64,000 bases of DNA from a virus (taxonomy: Duplodnaviria; Caudoviricetes). The stretch is from IMG/VR virus record IMGVR_UViG_3300034418_011920, positions 1,669 to 65,668 of that record. One strand, 5' to 3'. Shown here piece by piece: positions 38,287-47,969 of the stretch. Each line of letters begins with the position of its first letter. Position 1 is the first letter of the stretch. A model generated the notes under the pieces. It did not search any database and was not told the origin of the DNA. It was given only the letters and a program-made list of their open reading frames with translations. Both the position numbers and the translations under genes were made by a program.

Positions 38287-39015
38287 TTACCTCCAGTTAG
38301 AATCATAACCAACAAGATCATCAGGTATCGCACCTTGTTGTTGAAGTTTCGCCAAATTCGATGCTATTTGTACAGCATCATTATACTTAATATTATAGAC
38401 ATTTTCTTCCGTAATGTCCATACTTGATATTAAGTTTTTAACATTAATGTCGAGTCTTTTGGCTAAAATATCCATAAAGTTCACTTGATTAACAGTTATT
38501 TTGTCTATAGACGAACCATCAATATGATCTTCAATCTCCTCAGCAATCTCTTCTGCTGCAACAACTTTACGAAGTCGTAATGCTCTACGGAGGGCGCGAC
38601 CTTCCGCTCTAGTTTCTGCTACAGCAACAGGGTGATTCCGGAAAACCTTGTCACAGTTGCCCCAATAAACGTCCGCAGCGCCCGTTACAAGCTTAGTATT
38701 ATAAAGACCAAGTCTTGTTTCAGTTGCTGAGTTTGGTTTAAATGTGAGGCTAAAGGTAACTGTAGCCCTCATCTCGTTATCTCTGCTAGGAGTTTGATCA
38801 ACCTTAGTTGTTGCCTCCATGATCTCACAGTCCATAACTTTCTCAAAGATTCGACGCAATCCATCTGTTGTAGGATTACCCATAATTTTTTCATCTTCTG
38901 TTAGAAAACTTAATACATAATCTGTCCATTCGATATCATGAATAGTTGGAGTTAGTTTTTGTTCCAGTTGTTCATCCAGTGTTTCTTGCTCTTTTTTGGG
39001 TCTTCCTCTAGCCAT
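38287..39015 (-). CDS. putative single-strand annealing protein (Rad52/Sak-like)
   Basis: Beta strands followed by VAVAETRAEGRALRRAL helix; C-terminal ITVNQVNFM motif. Confidence 0.5.
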   Translation of the reverse strand: MARGRPKKEQETLDEQLEQKLTPTIHDIEWTDYVLSFLTEDEKIMGNPTTDGLRRIFEKVMDCEIMEATTKVDQTPSRDNEMRATVTFSLTFKPNSATETRLGLYNTKLVTGAADVYWGNCDKVFRNHPVAVAETRAEGRALRRALRLRKVVAAEEIAEEIEDHIDGSSIDKITVNQVNFMDILAKRLDINVKNLISSMDITEENVYNIKYNDAVQIASNLAKLQQQGAIPDDLVGYDSNWR

Positions 39016-39800
39016 TATTCATCTCCTATTTCTATATAGTTCTTTCCTTGGTTCTTAATATCCGCTATAGCTTCCATAAGTCTCCCAAAAATGACCTTTG
39101 CTCTAGATTTAGAAAAGTCCTTTTTCTGTTTGACTCGTATTAAGTTGATTCCTTTGCCTATTAGCAGTCCTGTTTTTTTCTGATCGTAGTCTTGATTTCT
39201 TTTTAATGCCTCTTCTCCCCACACTGGTTCAAAGTGAGAAGGCCCGTCAACTTCTATAGCTATATTATCTTTTGGCAGGAACAAGTCAATATGGAGTTTT
39301 GTATTTGTTAGGATTTGCTCTTTATGGGGGATTACCTTAAGCCCATTAGCCAATAAATTTTCTAGTAAATATCTTTCTAGTTTAGACCCTAGTTTACTAC
39401 TTGTTCTGACTCCAGCATTTGCTTCTTGTAATCTTGATTGTTTTTCTTCTTCTGATAGTTTATTCCAATTGTCTCTAGCTTTTTGTTTCCTCTTATTTAG
39501 AGTTGTTTCGTCCATATTGTCCCATGATTTCATTACAGAGTTTCCAATTTTATTCTTTGTTTCTTCTTTTCTTTGTGTTCCTTTTGTGGGGTGCTTATGT
39601 TTACCAGTTTCTAATGCAAGTTTTTGGGCTTCGCTTTTTGATCTTACTTTCATACCAAACTTCTTTGCGTCTCTTCTGATCTTGTTAGGGTATGTACCAT
39701 ACACATCTGCAATTTCTTTGAAACTTTTGTTCTGTATGTTATACATCATGTCCAGAATAGAATATTTTTCAATGTCTGATAATTGACTGTAGTTCTGCAT
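39015..39800 (-). CDS. HTH + NUMOD3-like + Vsr/DUF559-like endonuclease (homing endonuclease-like)
   Basis: N-terminal HTH (KSFKEIADVYG), KGTQRKEETKNKIG, and catalytic HIDLFLPKDNIAIEVDGPSHF. Confidence 0.7.
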   Translation of the reverse strand: MQNYSQLSDIEKYSILDMMYNIQNKSFKEIADVYGTYPNKIRRDAKKFGMKVRSKSEAQKLALETGKHKHPTKGTQRKEETKNKIGNSVMKSWDNMDETTLNKRKQKARDNWNKLSEEEKQSRLQEANAGVRTSSKLGSKLERYLLENLLANGLKVIPHKEQILTNTKLHIDLFLPKDNIAIEVDGPSHFEPVWGEEALKRNQDYDQKKTGLLIGKGINLIRVKQKKDFSKSRAKVIFGRLMEAIADIKNQGKNYIEIGDE

Positions 39801-40158
39801 TTCTAGCCTTTCTGATTTGATTGTTCTTTTGCCTTATTAAAATCTTACAGTTATCTACTAAGTCTTTGGTTAAATTTTTTAGTTCTTCTTTAGTAAGAAG
39901 GATTTGTTTCTCGCACATAGGATAATTGCGAAAGTTTTCAGTTGCATCTTGTACATTTAGAAATAACATAATTCCATCTTTGTGATTCCATTTTAGGTGA
40001 TACCTATTTATAATAGCAGTGTCCTTAACTGTTGATTGTATTACATGAAGATTACTTAAAAATACTGAAGAGTATGGGTCTTGCTTTAAAAAGAAGGACT
40101 TAATCGAAGATAAAATTGTTTCGTCTACGATATTATCTACAAAAACTGCTACTTTCAT
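39769..40158 (-). CDS. hypothetical protein (alpha/beta)
   Basis: 129-aa ORF coupled into the glycosyltransferase cluster. Confidence 0.6.
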   Translation of the reverse strand: MKVAVFVDNIVDETILSSIKSFFLKQDPYSSVFLSNLHVIQSTVKDTAIINRYHLKWNHKDGIMLFLNVQDATENFRNYPMCEKQILLTKEELKNLTKDLVDNCKILIRQKNNQIRKARNAELQSIIRH

Positions 40159-40808
40159 TTTATGGTTTCCTTATCTTTTGATATTTTGATATTAATATTC
40201 TTATAGTTCTTGGTGGTCGGCTTTATGCATACACCCATATCAACCATCTTGTTTAGCAACTCAAAGATAAAATAATTTTTGTATCTAGGGGTAGTGCATA
40301 GTTCTTTCATCAATGGAGCGTCTGCCTTAGATATATAATAGATATCCATAATGTAATTGTTAATGTCGAAACATATATGATTTACATTTTCATTATCAAC
40401 AATACAACCAATATGATTCTTTGTTTTATTATTCAAAAAAATTTGACTATTGGATTTGTTGAAGTTTTCAAAAATTTGTTTCTTAAAAATACTATATCCG
40501 AACAAAATAAAAAAATCTTTCTCTATATATTTTTGGGCGAGGCTTAGTGAATAAGTATTGTTATACTTTTCGTAATTTTCATTATAGATAGGAATAACAT
40601 TTGAATATTTTCTTTGATCAAAGAAATGAGATATTTTCTTGCCGTCGAAACCATATACATAAATAATCTTAGGGTTTTTAAAATTCTTCGTAATAATTTT
40701 ATGTTGAGTTTCAAATAGATTAAATCTAGAATTAACCTTTACTAAACCGGTTCCTCCTTTGCTTTTCATTCCTTTAATGTATTTATCAGCTAGGATAATG
40801 AAATTCAT
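40155..40808 (-). CDS. sugar/choline-phosphate nucleotidyltransferase-like protein (LicC-like, degenerate motifs)
   Basis: MNFIILA...GMKS, YNENYEKYNNTYSLSLA and FFILFG. The canonical AAGxGxR and GD motifs are altered. Confidence 0.65.
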   Translation of the reverse strand: MNFIILADKYIKGMKSKGGTGLVKVNSRFNLFETQHKIITKNFKNPKIIYVYGFDGKKISHFFDQRKYSNVIPIYNENYEKYNNTYSLSLAQKYIEKDFFILFGYSIFKKQIFENFNKSNSQIFLNNKTKNHIGCIVDNENVNHICFDINNYIMDIYYISKADAPLMKELCTTPRYKNYFIFELLNKMVDMGVCIKPTTKNYKNINIKISKDKETIK

Positions 40809-41539
40809 ACTATAATATTCGCACTTTCTAGAATATCAACTCCATGTTGTATAGCGCTCCTATACATAACACTACTAAACAATAGAGTTTCTTTATTCTC
40901 ATTTGAAATAAGATGGAATGTTTTGAATTGATTGAAAACTAAATCATTAGCCATTTCTACCATATCGACCATTTTAGTATAATCGCCATCTACAGAAAGT
41001 ATAACCATATTTTTATCAGCCATCATATTTGCTTGATAGTGAAGAGTATATATGAACGGTGTGTCGGCATCTAGAACCTTGGTGATCCTCCATTCGCATC
41101 CAACTTCTGATTCTCTGATAATTTTTAGATAATCCTCGTTAGAATGTCCAGACAAAGATTCCGAATATATAATCAATAGGATTCCTCTAGGCTTTATGCT
41201 TGCCTTTTTGATTTCCAATAGGATATTCCGTATCTCTTCAAGATCCATGTCTGGTTTTGCATTTACAAGCAATAGATAATTCAAATGTGTTTGATCTTTA
41301 ACTTCTTTTGCTCTATCTTCTACTGTTTTTTCTTTCAGTTCTTTTCTAAAGTATGGACACTTTGTTTTATTAACAACATAAAACTCTTTATCCTCATCAT
41401 ATACTTCTAGAACTTCAAGATGTTCTGTAGCTTTGATTTTTTCCAAAACACCTAGATAACAAGAGGCTTGGGTATCCCCCTTATATACTGCAAAAATACA
41501 TTCTTTACAAGGAGTATGTATCTTATCGATTTTAGACAT
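40805..41539 (-). CDS. hypothetical protein with N-terminal Cys motif
   Basis: CKECIFA...C...CPYFR, followed by an alpha/beta domain. Confidence 0.6.
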   Translation of the reverse strand: MSKIDKIHTPCKECIFAVYKGDTQASCYLGVLEKIKATEHLEVLEVYDEDKEFYVVNKTKCPYFRKELKEKTVEDRAKEVKDQTHLNYLLLVNAKPDMDLEEIRNILLEIKKASIKPRGILLIIYSESLSGHSNEDYLKIIRESEVGCEWRITKVLDADTPFIYTLHYQANMMADKNMVILSVDGDYTKMVDMVEMANDLVFNQFKTFHLISNENKETLLFSSVMYRSAIQHGVDILESANIIV

Positions 41540-43181
41540 TTAACCACCCCAATTCTAATGTGGGAGCTTTCAATCTTAGGTCTTCTGATAGTTTTTTGTT
41601 ATTAATTAACATCTCTAGTTCTTTAATAATATCAGGTGCTTTAACTACACTAACTCCTTTAGGTCCTACTGTTACTCCAATAGAGAATTTCTTTTTCATA
41701 TTTCTTATAAGTGCTGTATTAAGTAAATATGGCTCTCTGAGTATATTAATTATGATGTAATCAATAAGTTCTGCTGGCTGTAAATTATTTGGAACTTGCA
41801 AATTATCGCTAATAGGATTTGGATTTGGCTTGTCCCAGGACAGATTAGTTGACAAATCAACAGATCTAAAAGCATTTACCCAAACATTATATACGTTGTC
41901 CCATGTATATTTCTCCGTACATAATTCTCTGGTTTTTTGTGATCGGTTTTTTCTTTCTTCTTCAGAGGCAACCACAAAGAAATCCCATAAAATACCAACC
42001 AAAGCATCATTATCTGGATATGCTCTGTTTGCCGTTGTTTCCATCTCTCTGAACAACCTTTTAACAGGAATTGCGTATCCGTCCAGATTCTTAACAATTT
42101 CTGTCATTGCACTGTATTCTACACTAGCGATAGGAATACCACATGAAGCGGCTTCAACTTGAGGCATTCCAAAACCTTCACAAATTGCATACTGTACATA
42201 AAAATCAAAAAGATTATAAATAGAATTGAGTATTTCTGTACTTACTGGATGACTAGCGTTTGGCATCATCATTGAGATTTTTCCGCAGTTCGGACATCTG
42301 CCTACTCCATGTGCAAACTTTTGTGGCTCTGCATGTTTGCAATTATTACAATGATATGTAAAGTACACTTTGTCAACAATGTTATTTTCTAGCAATAGGT
42401 CTGCTAATTCCCACCCATTAGCTTCAGGATAAGACGTATGAAGGTAAAGGTAACTTTTTTCATAGAGATCTTTTTTGCCTTCTTTTATTAGACGGTCTAG
42501 GTACTTACGGTATGATTGTAATAAATCAGGAAATAACTTTCTCTTTTGGTTGCGCATAATAGCGCCAGTAATACTAACCTCTTTACCAAAGGTATTCTTT
42601 TGGTGTCCTTTTTTGTTATTTATAGGAGCAAATTCTTTTGGATTAACCCCTGCGTTGGCTATTTGATCAAATAAATTAATGCTTGATCCACATTGAGATT
42701 TCAGAACATTATAAGCCCATTCTGTGTATGGAACAATTAGATCCATATTAGCGAATGTGTCCAGCCATTCCAACTTTTGTGGTGCAGAATCAACTGTTGG
42801 CATAACGATCCACTTAAAATACGGTTGATAAAAACTGTTTTCCTGATAGGAATACATCCAGTAATCTCTTATGTCAAAAACAATGTCTGGCTTGAAGTGA
42901 GCAATGGCAGTATTAAATCTCCATTGACCAAACTGGTGAATCGGAGCTGAGTTGTATGCTTTTGTTTCTTGTTCATTTGATGGTAAAGGTGCGTTTGGAT
43001 AAATTTTCCATTGTGTATTTTTTATTCTCTCGTCTTTTTCATGGGCATAACAAGCTAGTTCCGCTACCTCAAATTCGTCACTATTGCTCAATCTTGTTAA
43101 TATTTCTTTACCATAAACACCATACCCTGTTCCAAGATGCGATGCGTCATTTGCTATAAAAATTCTAATTTTTTTTGACAT
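41532..43181 (-). CDS. GT-B (GT4-like) glycosyltransferase with zinc-ribbon insert
   Basis: TGYG, RNQKRK, CEGFGMPQVEAASCGIP; inserted CNNC...CPNC. Confidence 0.85.
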   Translation of the reverse strand: MSKKIRIFIANDASHLGTGYGVYGKEILTRLSNSDEFEVAELACYAHEKDERIKNTQWKIYPNAPLPSNEQETKAYNSAPIHQFGQWRFNTAIAHFKPDIVFDIRDYWMYSYQENSFYQPYFKWIVMPTVDSAPQKLEWLDTFANMDLIVPYTEWAYNVLKSQCGSSINLFDQIANAGVNPKEFAPINNKKGHQKNTFGKEVSITGAIMRNQKRKLFPDLLQSYRKYLDRLIKEGKKDLYEKSYLYLHTSYPEANGWELADLLLENNIVDKVYFTYHCNNCKHAEPQKFAHGVGRCPNCGKISMMMPNASHPVSTEILNSIYNLFDFYVQYAICEGFGMPQVEAASCGIPIASVEYSAMTEIVKNLDGYAIPVKRLFREMETTANRAYPDNDALVGILWDFFVVASEEERKNRSQKTRELCTEKYTWDNVYNVWVNAFRSVDLSTNLSWDKPNPNPISDNLQVPNNLQPAELIDYIIINILREPYLLNTALIRNMKKKFSIGVTVGPKGVSVVKAPDIIKELEMLINNKKLSEDLRLKAPTLELGWLNV

Positions 43182-43194
43182 TTTTGAATCCTAT

Positions 43195-43233
43195 AAAAGA
43201 AAACTGAGCACCAACAATCGCTGATGCTCAGTT
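43195..43233 (-). terminator. Rho-independent terminator after ssb
   Basis: Stem AACTGAGCA...TGCTCAGTT (43202-43233), followed on the minus strand by TTCTTTT. Confidence 0.65.
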
Positions 43234-43248
43234 ATTGAATTTATTTAC

Positions 43249-43632
43249 TTAAAATGCAACAGTATCTTCAATACTCTCTTCAGACGATGAAGACTCGGAG
43301 GTCTTCTTGGTTCCTCTGATAATAGGAGCAAAATTATTTACACGAACCTTCATGGTTGAGTGCTTTACTCCGTCCTTTTCCCATGAGTCATTACGAAGAG
43401 ATCCCTCAATCATAACAAGATCACCCTTCTTTAAAGTATTAGCTACCGCCTCCGCTCCAGAATCCCATGCTTCACAACGAACAAATGTTGTTACTTCGTC
43501 CTTGCTTCCATTAGCCCTAGTAAATTCACGAGAAGTAGCAACTGTAAAATTAACAACCGCTGTTCGTTTTTCTCCCACCACTCGTAGTTCTGGGTCACGA
43601 GCAAGATTTCCACGCAAAACAACTAGATTCAT
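43249..43632 (-). CDS. ssb: single-stranded DNA-binding protein
   Basis: MNLVVLRGNLARDPELR, KKGDLVMIEGSLR and an acidic tail ending DTVAF. Start moved to ATG 43632, which has an AGGAG RBS. Confidence 0.95.
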   Translation of the reverse strand: MNLVVLRGNLARDPELRVVGEKRTAVVNFTVATSREFTRANGSKDEVTTFVRCEAWDSGAEAVANTLKKGDLVMIEGSLRNDSWEKDGVKHSTMKVRVNNFAPIIRGTKKTSESSSSEESIEDTVAF

Positions 43633-43710
43633 AATCCATCTCCTTATACACATCTCAAAAATAACCAAAAAACCAACGTAGTTTTTTGTGCCTCGTAGGG
43701 ACTGTACAGT

Positions 43711-43739
43711 ATTATAGTTTCTTTCAGCGTTGTTGTCAA
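43711..43739 (-). promoter_or_regulatory. consensus sigma70 promoter upstream of ssb
   Basis: TTGACA-17 nt-TATAAT on the minus strand. Confidence 0.85.
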
Positions 43740-43740
43740 G

Positions 43741-45342
43741 TCACGACTTCGCTAAAAACATTTTTTCAACTATAAGCCCATCTGTTCTAGATCTGTTACC
43801 TTTTACGATAACAATATTACCTTCAAATAAAGCATTCTTATATTCTCTATATTGATCTGGGAAGAAAATTACACTATCTATAGATCCCGTATTATCTTTC
43901 ATAGTAACAAAAGCCATATGAGATCCTGGGTTTTTCCCCTGTTTGGTCTTAACTATTCCAATATAGTCAATTTCTCCACCAAGAATAATTCCGTCTTTTC
44001 TTTCGCTATGTTTAAAATCTTTACAATTAGTATTACACATGCTTATATCATACATATCAATTTTCCCGCATGTAATAGCACAACCAAGCAAAGAATCTTC
44101 TGTGTCCGCAATCCATTCCGGTCCATCTTCCAGAGAAAATGGTGGTTTTTTAAGTGATTCTATCAGATTTTCTACAACAGATTTTCTATTCTTATTAATC
44201 TTAGAGTTCATATACAAATGATTTAAACATGATAGAAGATCTTTTTGTGGACTCTCTAGAATAAACGCAAGTTCTTTCTTTGTCAGGTTTTGGATCAGAC
44301 TATATTCAAACAACATAGCATTTCTTGTTTTCTTTAAATAAAACAAAGCACCAGATTGTATAAGTCCTTTTGCTGCTGTAGAATTGATATTAGGCAAAAT
44401 CCTTAATAGTATATCAATCCATCCCGTTTCATTAAGATCAAAATCTGATACAACCTTTGTGAGTTTATCAAAAACACTTTGACCAACACCTTTAATGTCT
44501 GTTAGTCCAAAATAGACTTTATTGTTTTTGAGAATGAAATACTTGTTCAGGTTTCTCAAATCCGGGGTTCTTACATCAATGTCCATCTCTATGGCATTTT
44601 GTACCAATTCTTTAATTTCTGCTTGGGGGTCTATCTTGTCCTTGGCAAATCTTAAATATGATGCAAAAAATACCTTAGGGAAATGAGACTTAGCAAATGC
44701 AGATAAATAAGCATTAATAGCATAGCTAACACTATGAGATTTATTAAAGCTGTATCTCTGGGACTTTTCAATCCACCCAAAGATTTGCTCCGCTTCGTCT
44801 GATGTTACAATGCCCAGTTTTTTGGAGCCCTTTATGAACTTCTTTTTAACCTTGGCCATCTCTTCAGGTTTCTTTTTACCAATCGCCTTACGAAGCCCGT
44901 CTGCTTCTTGTAGATTGAAACCAGCGATAACTTTGGCGATCTCCATTGCTTGTTCTTGATAGATCATTTCTCCGTATGTAGAGTTTAAAATCGGTTCTAA
45001 TGAGGGATGGAAGTAATCAACAGATTCTTCTTTATTTTTTTTGTCGATATAGTGATTAGTAACGCTTTTCCCATCACGCATCGCTTCAAGACAACCCGGC
45101 CTAAGAATAGCAATAAGGGCAGAAAGTTGTTCAATATTTTCTGGTTTCAGCTTTTTTGCTGTTTGTTTTCCTAATCTAGACTCTAGCTGGAAAACACCCT
45201 TAGTATTTCCTTCCGAAATGAGATCCCATGTTCTTTGACATTCTAGATTTAGATTCTCAATTTCTGGTTCAAAAAATATTTTTGTAACACCGTTTTCTTG
45301 AATTGGGAATTTGCATCCACAACTGTATGTAAAATATTTCAT
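43741..45342 (-). CDS. dnaE: DNA polymerase III alpha, C-terminal fragment (fingers, HhH, OB)
   Basis: GVFQLES, LRPG, TYGEMIYQEQAM, LRKAIGKK, YSFNKSHS, GLTDIKGVG and OB fold MAFVTMKD. Confidence 0.92.
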   Translation of the reverse strand: MKYFTYSCGCKFPIQENGVTKIFFEPEIENLNLECQRTWDLISEGNTKGVFQLESRLGKQTAKKLKPENIEQLSALIAILRPGCLEAMRDGKSVTNHYIDKKNKEESVDYFHPSLEPILNSTYGEMIYQEQAMEIAKVIAGFNLQEADGLRKAIGKKKPEEMAKVKKKFIKGSKKLGIVTSDEAEQIFGWIEKSQRYSFNKSHSVSYAINAYLSAFAKSHFPKVFFASYLRFAKDKIDPQAEIKELVQNAIEMDIDVRTPDLRNLNKYFILKNNKVYFGLTDIKGVGQSVFDKLTKVVSDFDLNETGWIDILLRILPNINSTAAKGLIQSGALFYLKKTRNAMLFEYSLIQNLTKKELAFILESPQKDLLSCLNHLYMNSKINKNRKSVVENLIESLKKPPFSLEDGPEWIADTEDSLLGCAITCGKIDMYDISMCNTNCKDFKHSERKDGIILGGEIDYIGIVKTKQGKNPGSHMAFVTMKDNTGSIDSVIFFPDQYREYKNALFEGNIVIVKGNRSRTDGLIVEKMFLAKS

Positions 45343-45524
45343 TCTTTGTATTCCAATTTGGGTATATGGTGATCTGTTCCGGGAAGTAAATCAACTATTT
45401 TGATAGATAAAATCTTATTATCTAATGATTCCCTTTTCTTATGCTTATCTATCATTTCTTGTATCTTCTTACAAAGATACGCGCAATCTGTTTGTGTGTC
45501 AAGCCTAACTATCATAAAGACCAC
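45339..45524 (-). CDS. hypothetical protein
   Basis: 61-aa ORF overlapping both neighbours (ATGA coupling to dnaE-C). Confidence 0.5.
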   Translation of the reverse strand: MVFMIVRLDTQTDCAYLCKKIQEMIDKHKKRESLDNKILSIKIVDLLPGTDHHIPKLEYKE

Positions 45525-46140
45525 AAAGCTCCCATGTTTTTAGAGTATATTCAAATGGATTTCCTTCTATATTATGAACTAAAGCAAGCATCTCTTGTGC
45601 AATTTCCCTAATCTCTTTTTGAGCATGTTCTGAGTTTCGTAGTTTCTGGAAGTTTGCAAAACTCCTCATGTTAAAACTAACGTCCGCTTGAATCTGACTG
45701 TTGTAAGTTTTAAAGAATCTTGCTGACTCTTTGGCTCTTTTTCTTCCAAGAGCATCTGTTAATTCTTCTACACATTGATGATATAAAGTATTACCTAGCT
45801 TGGTATATTCCTGTAGCTTATCTTGCCAATTAGAAGGCCAATCTGCTGGTAGATAATATTTGTCTTCTTTTAATTCTTTATAGCGGGCAGATTCTGCATT
45901 AAGGGAGCTAATACGATGTTTAAGTAAATGAATATGACTAGCAATATCGCAATCAACAAGAAAGTGAACCATTCCTTTTTCAAACGGGGTTTCATGACCA
46001 TTGCTCCATAGCATGTTTATAAGGTTTGGAATTCTTTCCTTTTTTTCTGGCGTTAAATCACGACTAGTGCTCGTCCATGCAGAACAAGCAATAACTTCAT
46101 CACTACCATAATATCCTAATAGTTCTACTTTATTTTTCAT
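45505..46140 (-). CDS. thyX: FAD-dependent thymidylate synthase
   Basis: GHETPFE, KHRISSLNAESARY, NMRSFANFQKLR and HAQKEIR. Start at ATG 46140 with RBS. Confidence 0.95.
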   Translation of the reverse strand: MKNKVELLGYYGSDEVIACSAWTSTSRDLTPEKKERIPNLINMLWSNGHETPFEKGMVHFLVDCDIASHIHLLKHRISSLNAESARYKELKEDKYYLPADWPSNWQDKLQEYTKLGNTLYHQCVEELTDALGRKRAKESARFFKTYNSQIQADVSFNMRSFANFQKLRNSEHAQKEIREIAQEMLALVHNIEGNPFEYTLKTWELCGLYDS

Positions 46141-46231
46141 TCCTTCTCCTGTAAAAGTAATGTGCATTTTGTAACTCCTATTGCATTACACAAGAATACA
46201 CAAACTTGGTGTTTCACTACAATAGCACCAT

Positions 46232-46259
46232 AGTATAGCACAAAAACATCGTTTGTCAA
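46232..46259 (-). promoter_or_regulatory. sigma70 promoter upstream of thyX
   Basis: TTGACA-16 nt-TATACT with an extended -10 TG. Confidence 0.75.
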
Positions 46260-46263
46260 CCCC

Positions 46264-46298
46264 AAAAATAAAAGACCCCAGATTTTTCCAGGGTCTTT
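46264..46298 (-). terminator. Rho-independent terminator downstream of the DUF1559 gene
   Basis: AAAGACCC...GGGTCTTT stem followed by a T-rich run on the minus strand. Confidence 0.65.
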
Positions 46299-46365
46299 AT
46301 TTCTATTTTGGGCCTTGTACTACATCGCGAAAGAATAGTAACTTTGCTTTATTTGTAATACATTT

Positions 46366-46461
46366 TTAATCTTTATTCATCCTCTCCCCTAAAATAATCA
46401 TATATACTGCAATTACTGATAAGGGGAGAAGATAGAATATAAAAAACAGGAATAATCCCAT
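46366..46461 (-). CDS. small membrane peptide (31 aa), below the ORF track cutoff
   Basis: [31 protein letters not shown]; TAATG overlap with the DUF1559 stop codon. Confidence 0.5.
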   Translation of the reverse strand: MGLFLFFIFYLLPLSVIAVYMIILGERMNKD

Positions 46462-47444
46462 TACTGTTGTGCTACTTCCCCTCCCGCACGGGTAATTAGT
46501 GCAGCGAATACTCTTAGATCAATATCCTCACTAACATAGGCAGTTGAACCATCTGTTCTGGTTACATTCATACCGCCAGGATGCCATGAAAATGCTTCGC
46601 CATTATTTGTCTTGTTCATGGGGTGGCCCATGTTTCTAGCAGCACCCTTATCACCATTGGCATCAATAGGATGAAGCTTGAACGGCCCAAGGCTATCTGC
46701 CCAACCAAGACACTGATTAATAACGTCTGGAACAACCTGTGCTGGAGTACCCTTAACCCAAGTTGGCCTTGATGCACATTCTGCTACAAGAAAAGTCTTG
46801 CTTGTTCCATCTCTAAATTGACCCATAGTAGTAACACGGTCCTTAATCAAAGCACCATCTGCTTCTGGTCCCTTGTTAGCATATGGATCTGGATCAAGAA
46901 CCTTATTCTTTACACCAGTAAATACCTCATAATCTGTGCGACCAAAAGGTACACCAGTGTTTAGTGCTGGTGCAGTAGAGTCGCTGTCTCTTGATGGACC
47001 GTCTGGAAAACTTGTCCATTCTTCTCCATTATAAGTATTAGAAGGACACTGGAATACCTTGACTTGCTGCTGTGCTACATAAAGGTTTTGACCCTGCCAC
47101 CAATGTAAATTCTTATCATAATTATCTGCTAGTGCTGCCTCTTCCATGTATGGCAGAAGATCAACTCTCCATGATCTTTCTGTTCGTGCCTTATTATCAG
47201 CAGGAGCAATTGGGGTTACGGAAGGATCAATAGTATCAATAGTCCAACATGCTGCTGGAAACTTCTGAGTACCATTTTCAATATTATGTGCAGCCAATCC
47301 AAACTGACGCATATTGCTCATACAATTTGCTCGTCGTGCTGCTTCTCTGGCAGATTGTACTGCTGGTAAAAGAAGACCAACGAGAACACCGATAATAGCA
47401 ATAACAACTAATAGTTCAACGAGAGTAAAACCTTTTCTATTCAT
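46461..47444 (-). CDS. DUF1559 prepilin-type N-terminal cleavage/methylation protein (Planctomycete-type, H-X9-DG)
   Basis: RKG|[36 protein letters not shown], FQCPS, and [13 protein letters not shown]. Start at ATG 47444 with AAAGGA RBS. Confidence 0.95.
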   Translation of the reverse strand: MNRKGFTLVELLVVIAIIGVLVGLLLPAVQSAREAARRANCMSNMRQFGLAAHNIENGTQKFPAACWTIDTIDPSVTPIAPADNKARTERSWRVDLLPYMEEAALADNYDKNLHWWQGQNLYVAQQQVKVFQCPSNTYNGEEWTSFPDGPSRDSDSTAPALNTGVPFGRTDYEVFTGVKNKVLDPDPYANKGPEADGALIKDRVTTMGQFRDGTSKTFLVAECASRPTWVKGTPAQVVPDVINQCLGWADSLGPFKLHPIDANGDKGAARNMGHPMNKTNNGEAFSWHPGGMNVTRTDGSTAYVSEDIDLRVFAALITRAGGEVAQQ

Positions 47445-47546
47445 AATTAATCCTTTTTTTAATGTTAGGTGGGTAAAACATAGCCTGTTAACGATATAAT
47501 ACTCAATCGGCAAGAAGATACAATCATATATCATGTTAGAATTGTG

Positions 47547-47969
47547 TTAGGATTCAGGAAATTGCGATTCCAATTCATCTAGGGTTGGGTAATCAAATTC
47601 CCACGGTTTCCAGTTGATTTTAGAGGTAAAATCTTTGACTAAAATAGTTTCTCCATCTAACACATATTGATAAGTTGCTGCGTATTGCTCTTCACCAACC
47701 ATATCGTCTTTAATAATCTTGAAATTATTAGCTCCTTCTGGCAAAGAGAAAAATACTCTAGATCTGCCAATGTTAATACAAAATTCTTTTACTCTTTCAT
47801 CATATTTGATAGGATAAAAAATATTCCGTATAGATCTTTCAACCACCGGAGCACGATTACCCCAATATTCTGGATTAAGCATAAAACCAATAGAAAATCC
47901 AGTCCATAATAGCAAGATTTGATATACAAGTGTTCTTGCTATTGTTTTTGCTACAAGTTTTTTACTCAT
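47547..47969 (-). CDS. hypothetical membrane-anchored protein
   Basis: N-terminal hydrophobic helix (LVYQILLLWTGFSIGFML). Confidence 0.65.
   Translation of the reverse strand: MSKKLVAKTIARTLVYQILLLWTGFSIGFMLNPEYWGNRAPVVERSIRNIFYPIKYDERVKEFCINIGRSRVFFSLPEGANNFKIIKDDMVGEEQYAATYQYVLDGETILVKDFTSKINWKPWEFDYPTLDELESQFPES

Noticed and set aside
46383-46429. TCTCCCCT...AGGGGAGA inverted repeat as a structured ncRNA
   Set aside because: An 8-bp stem with a long AT-rich loop lying inside a plausible small ORF; insufficient support.
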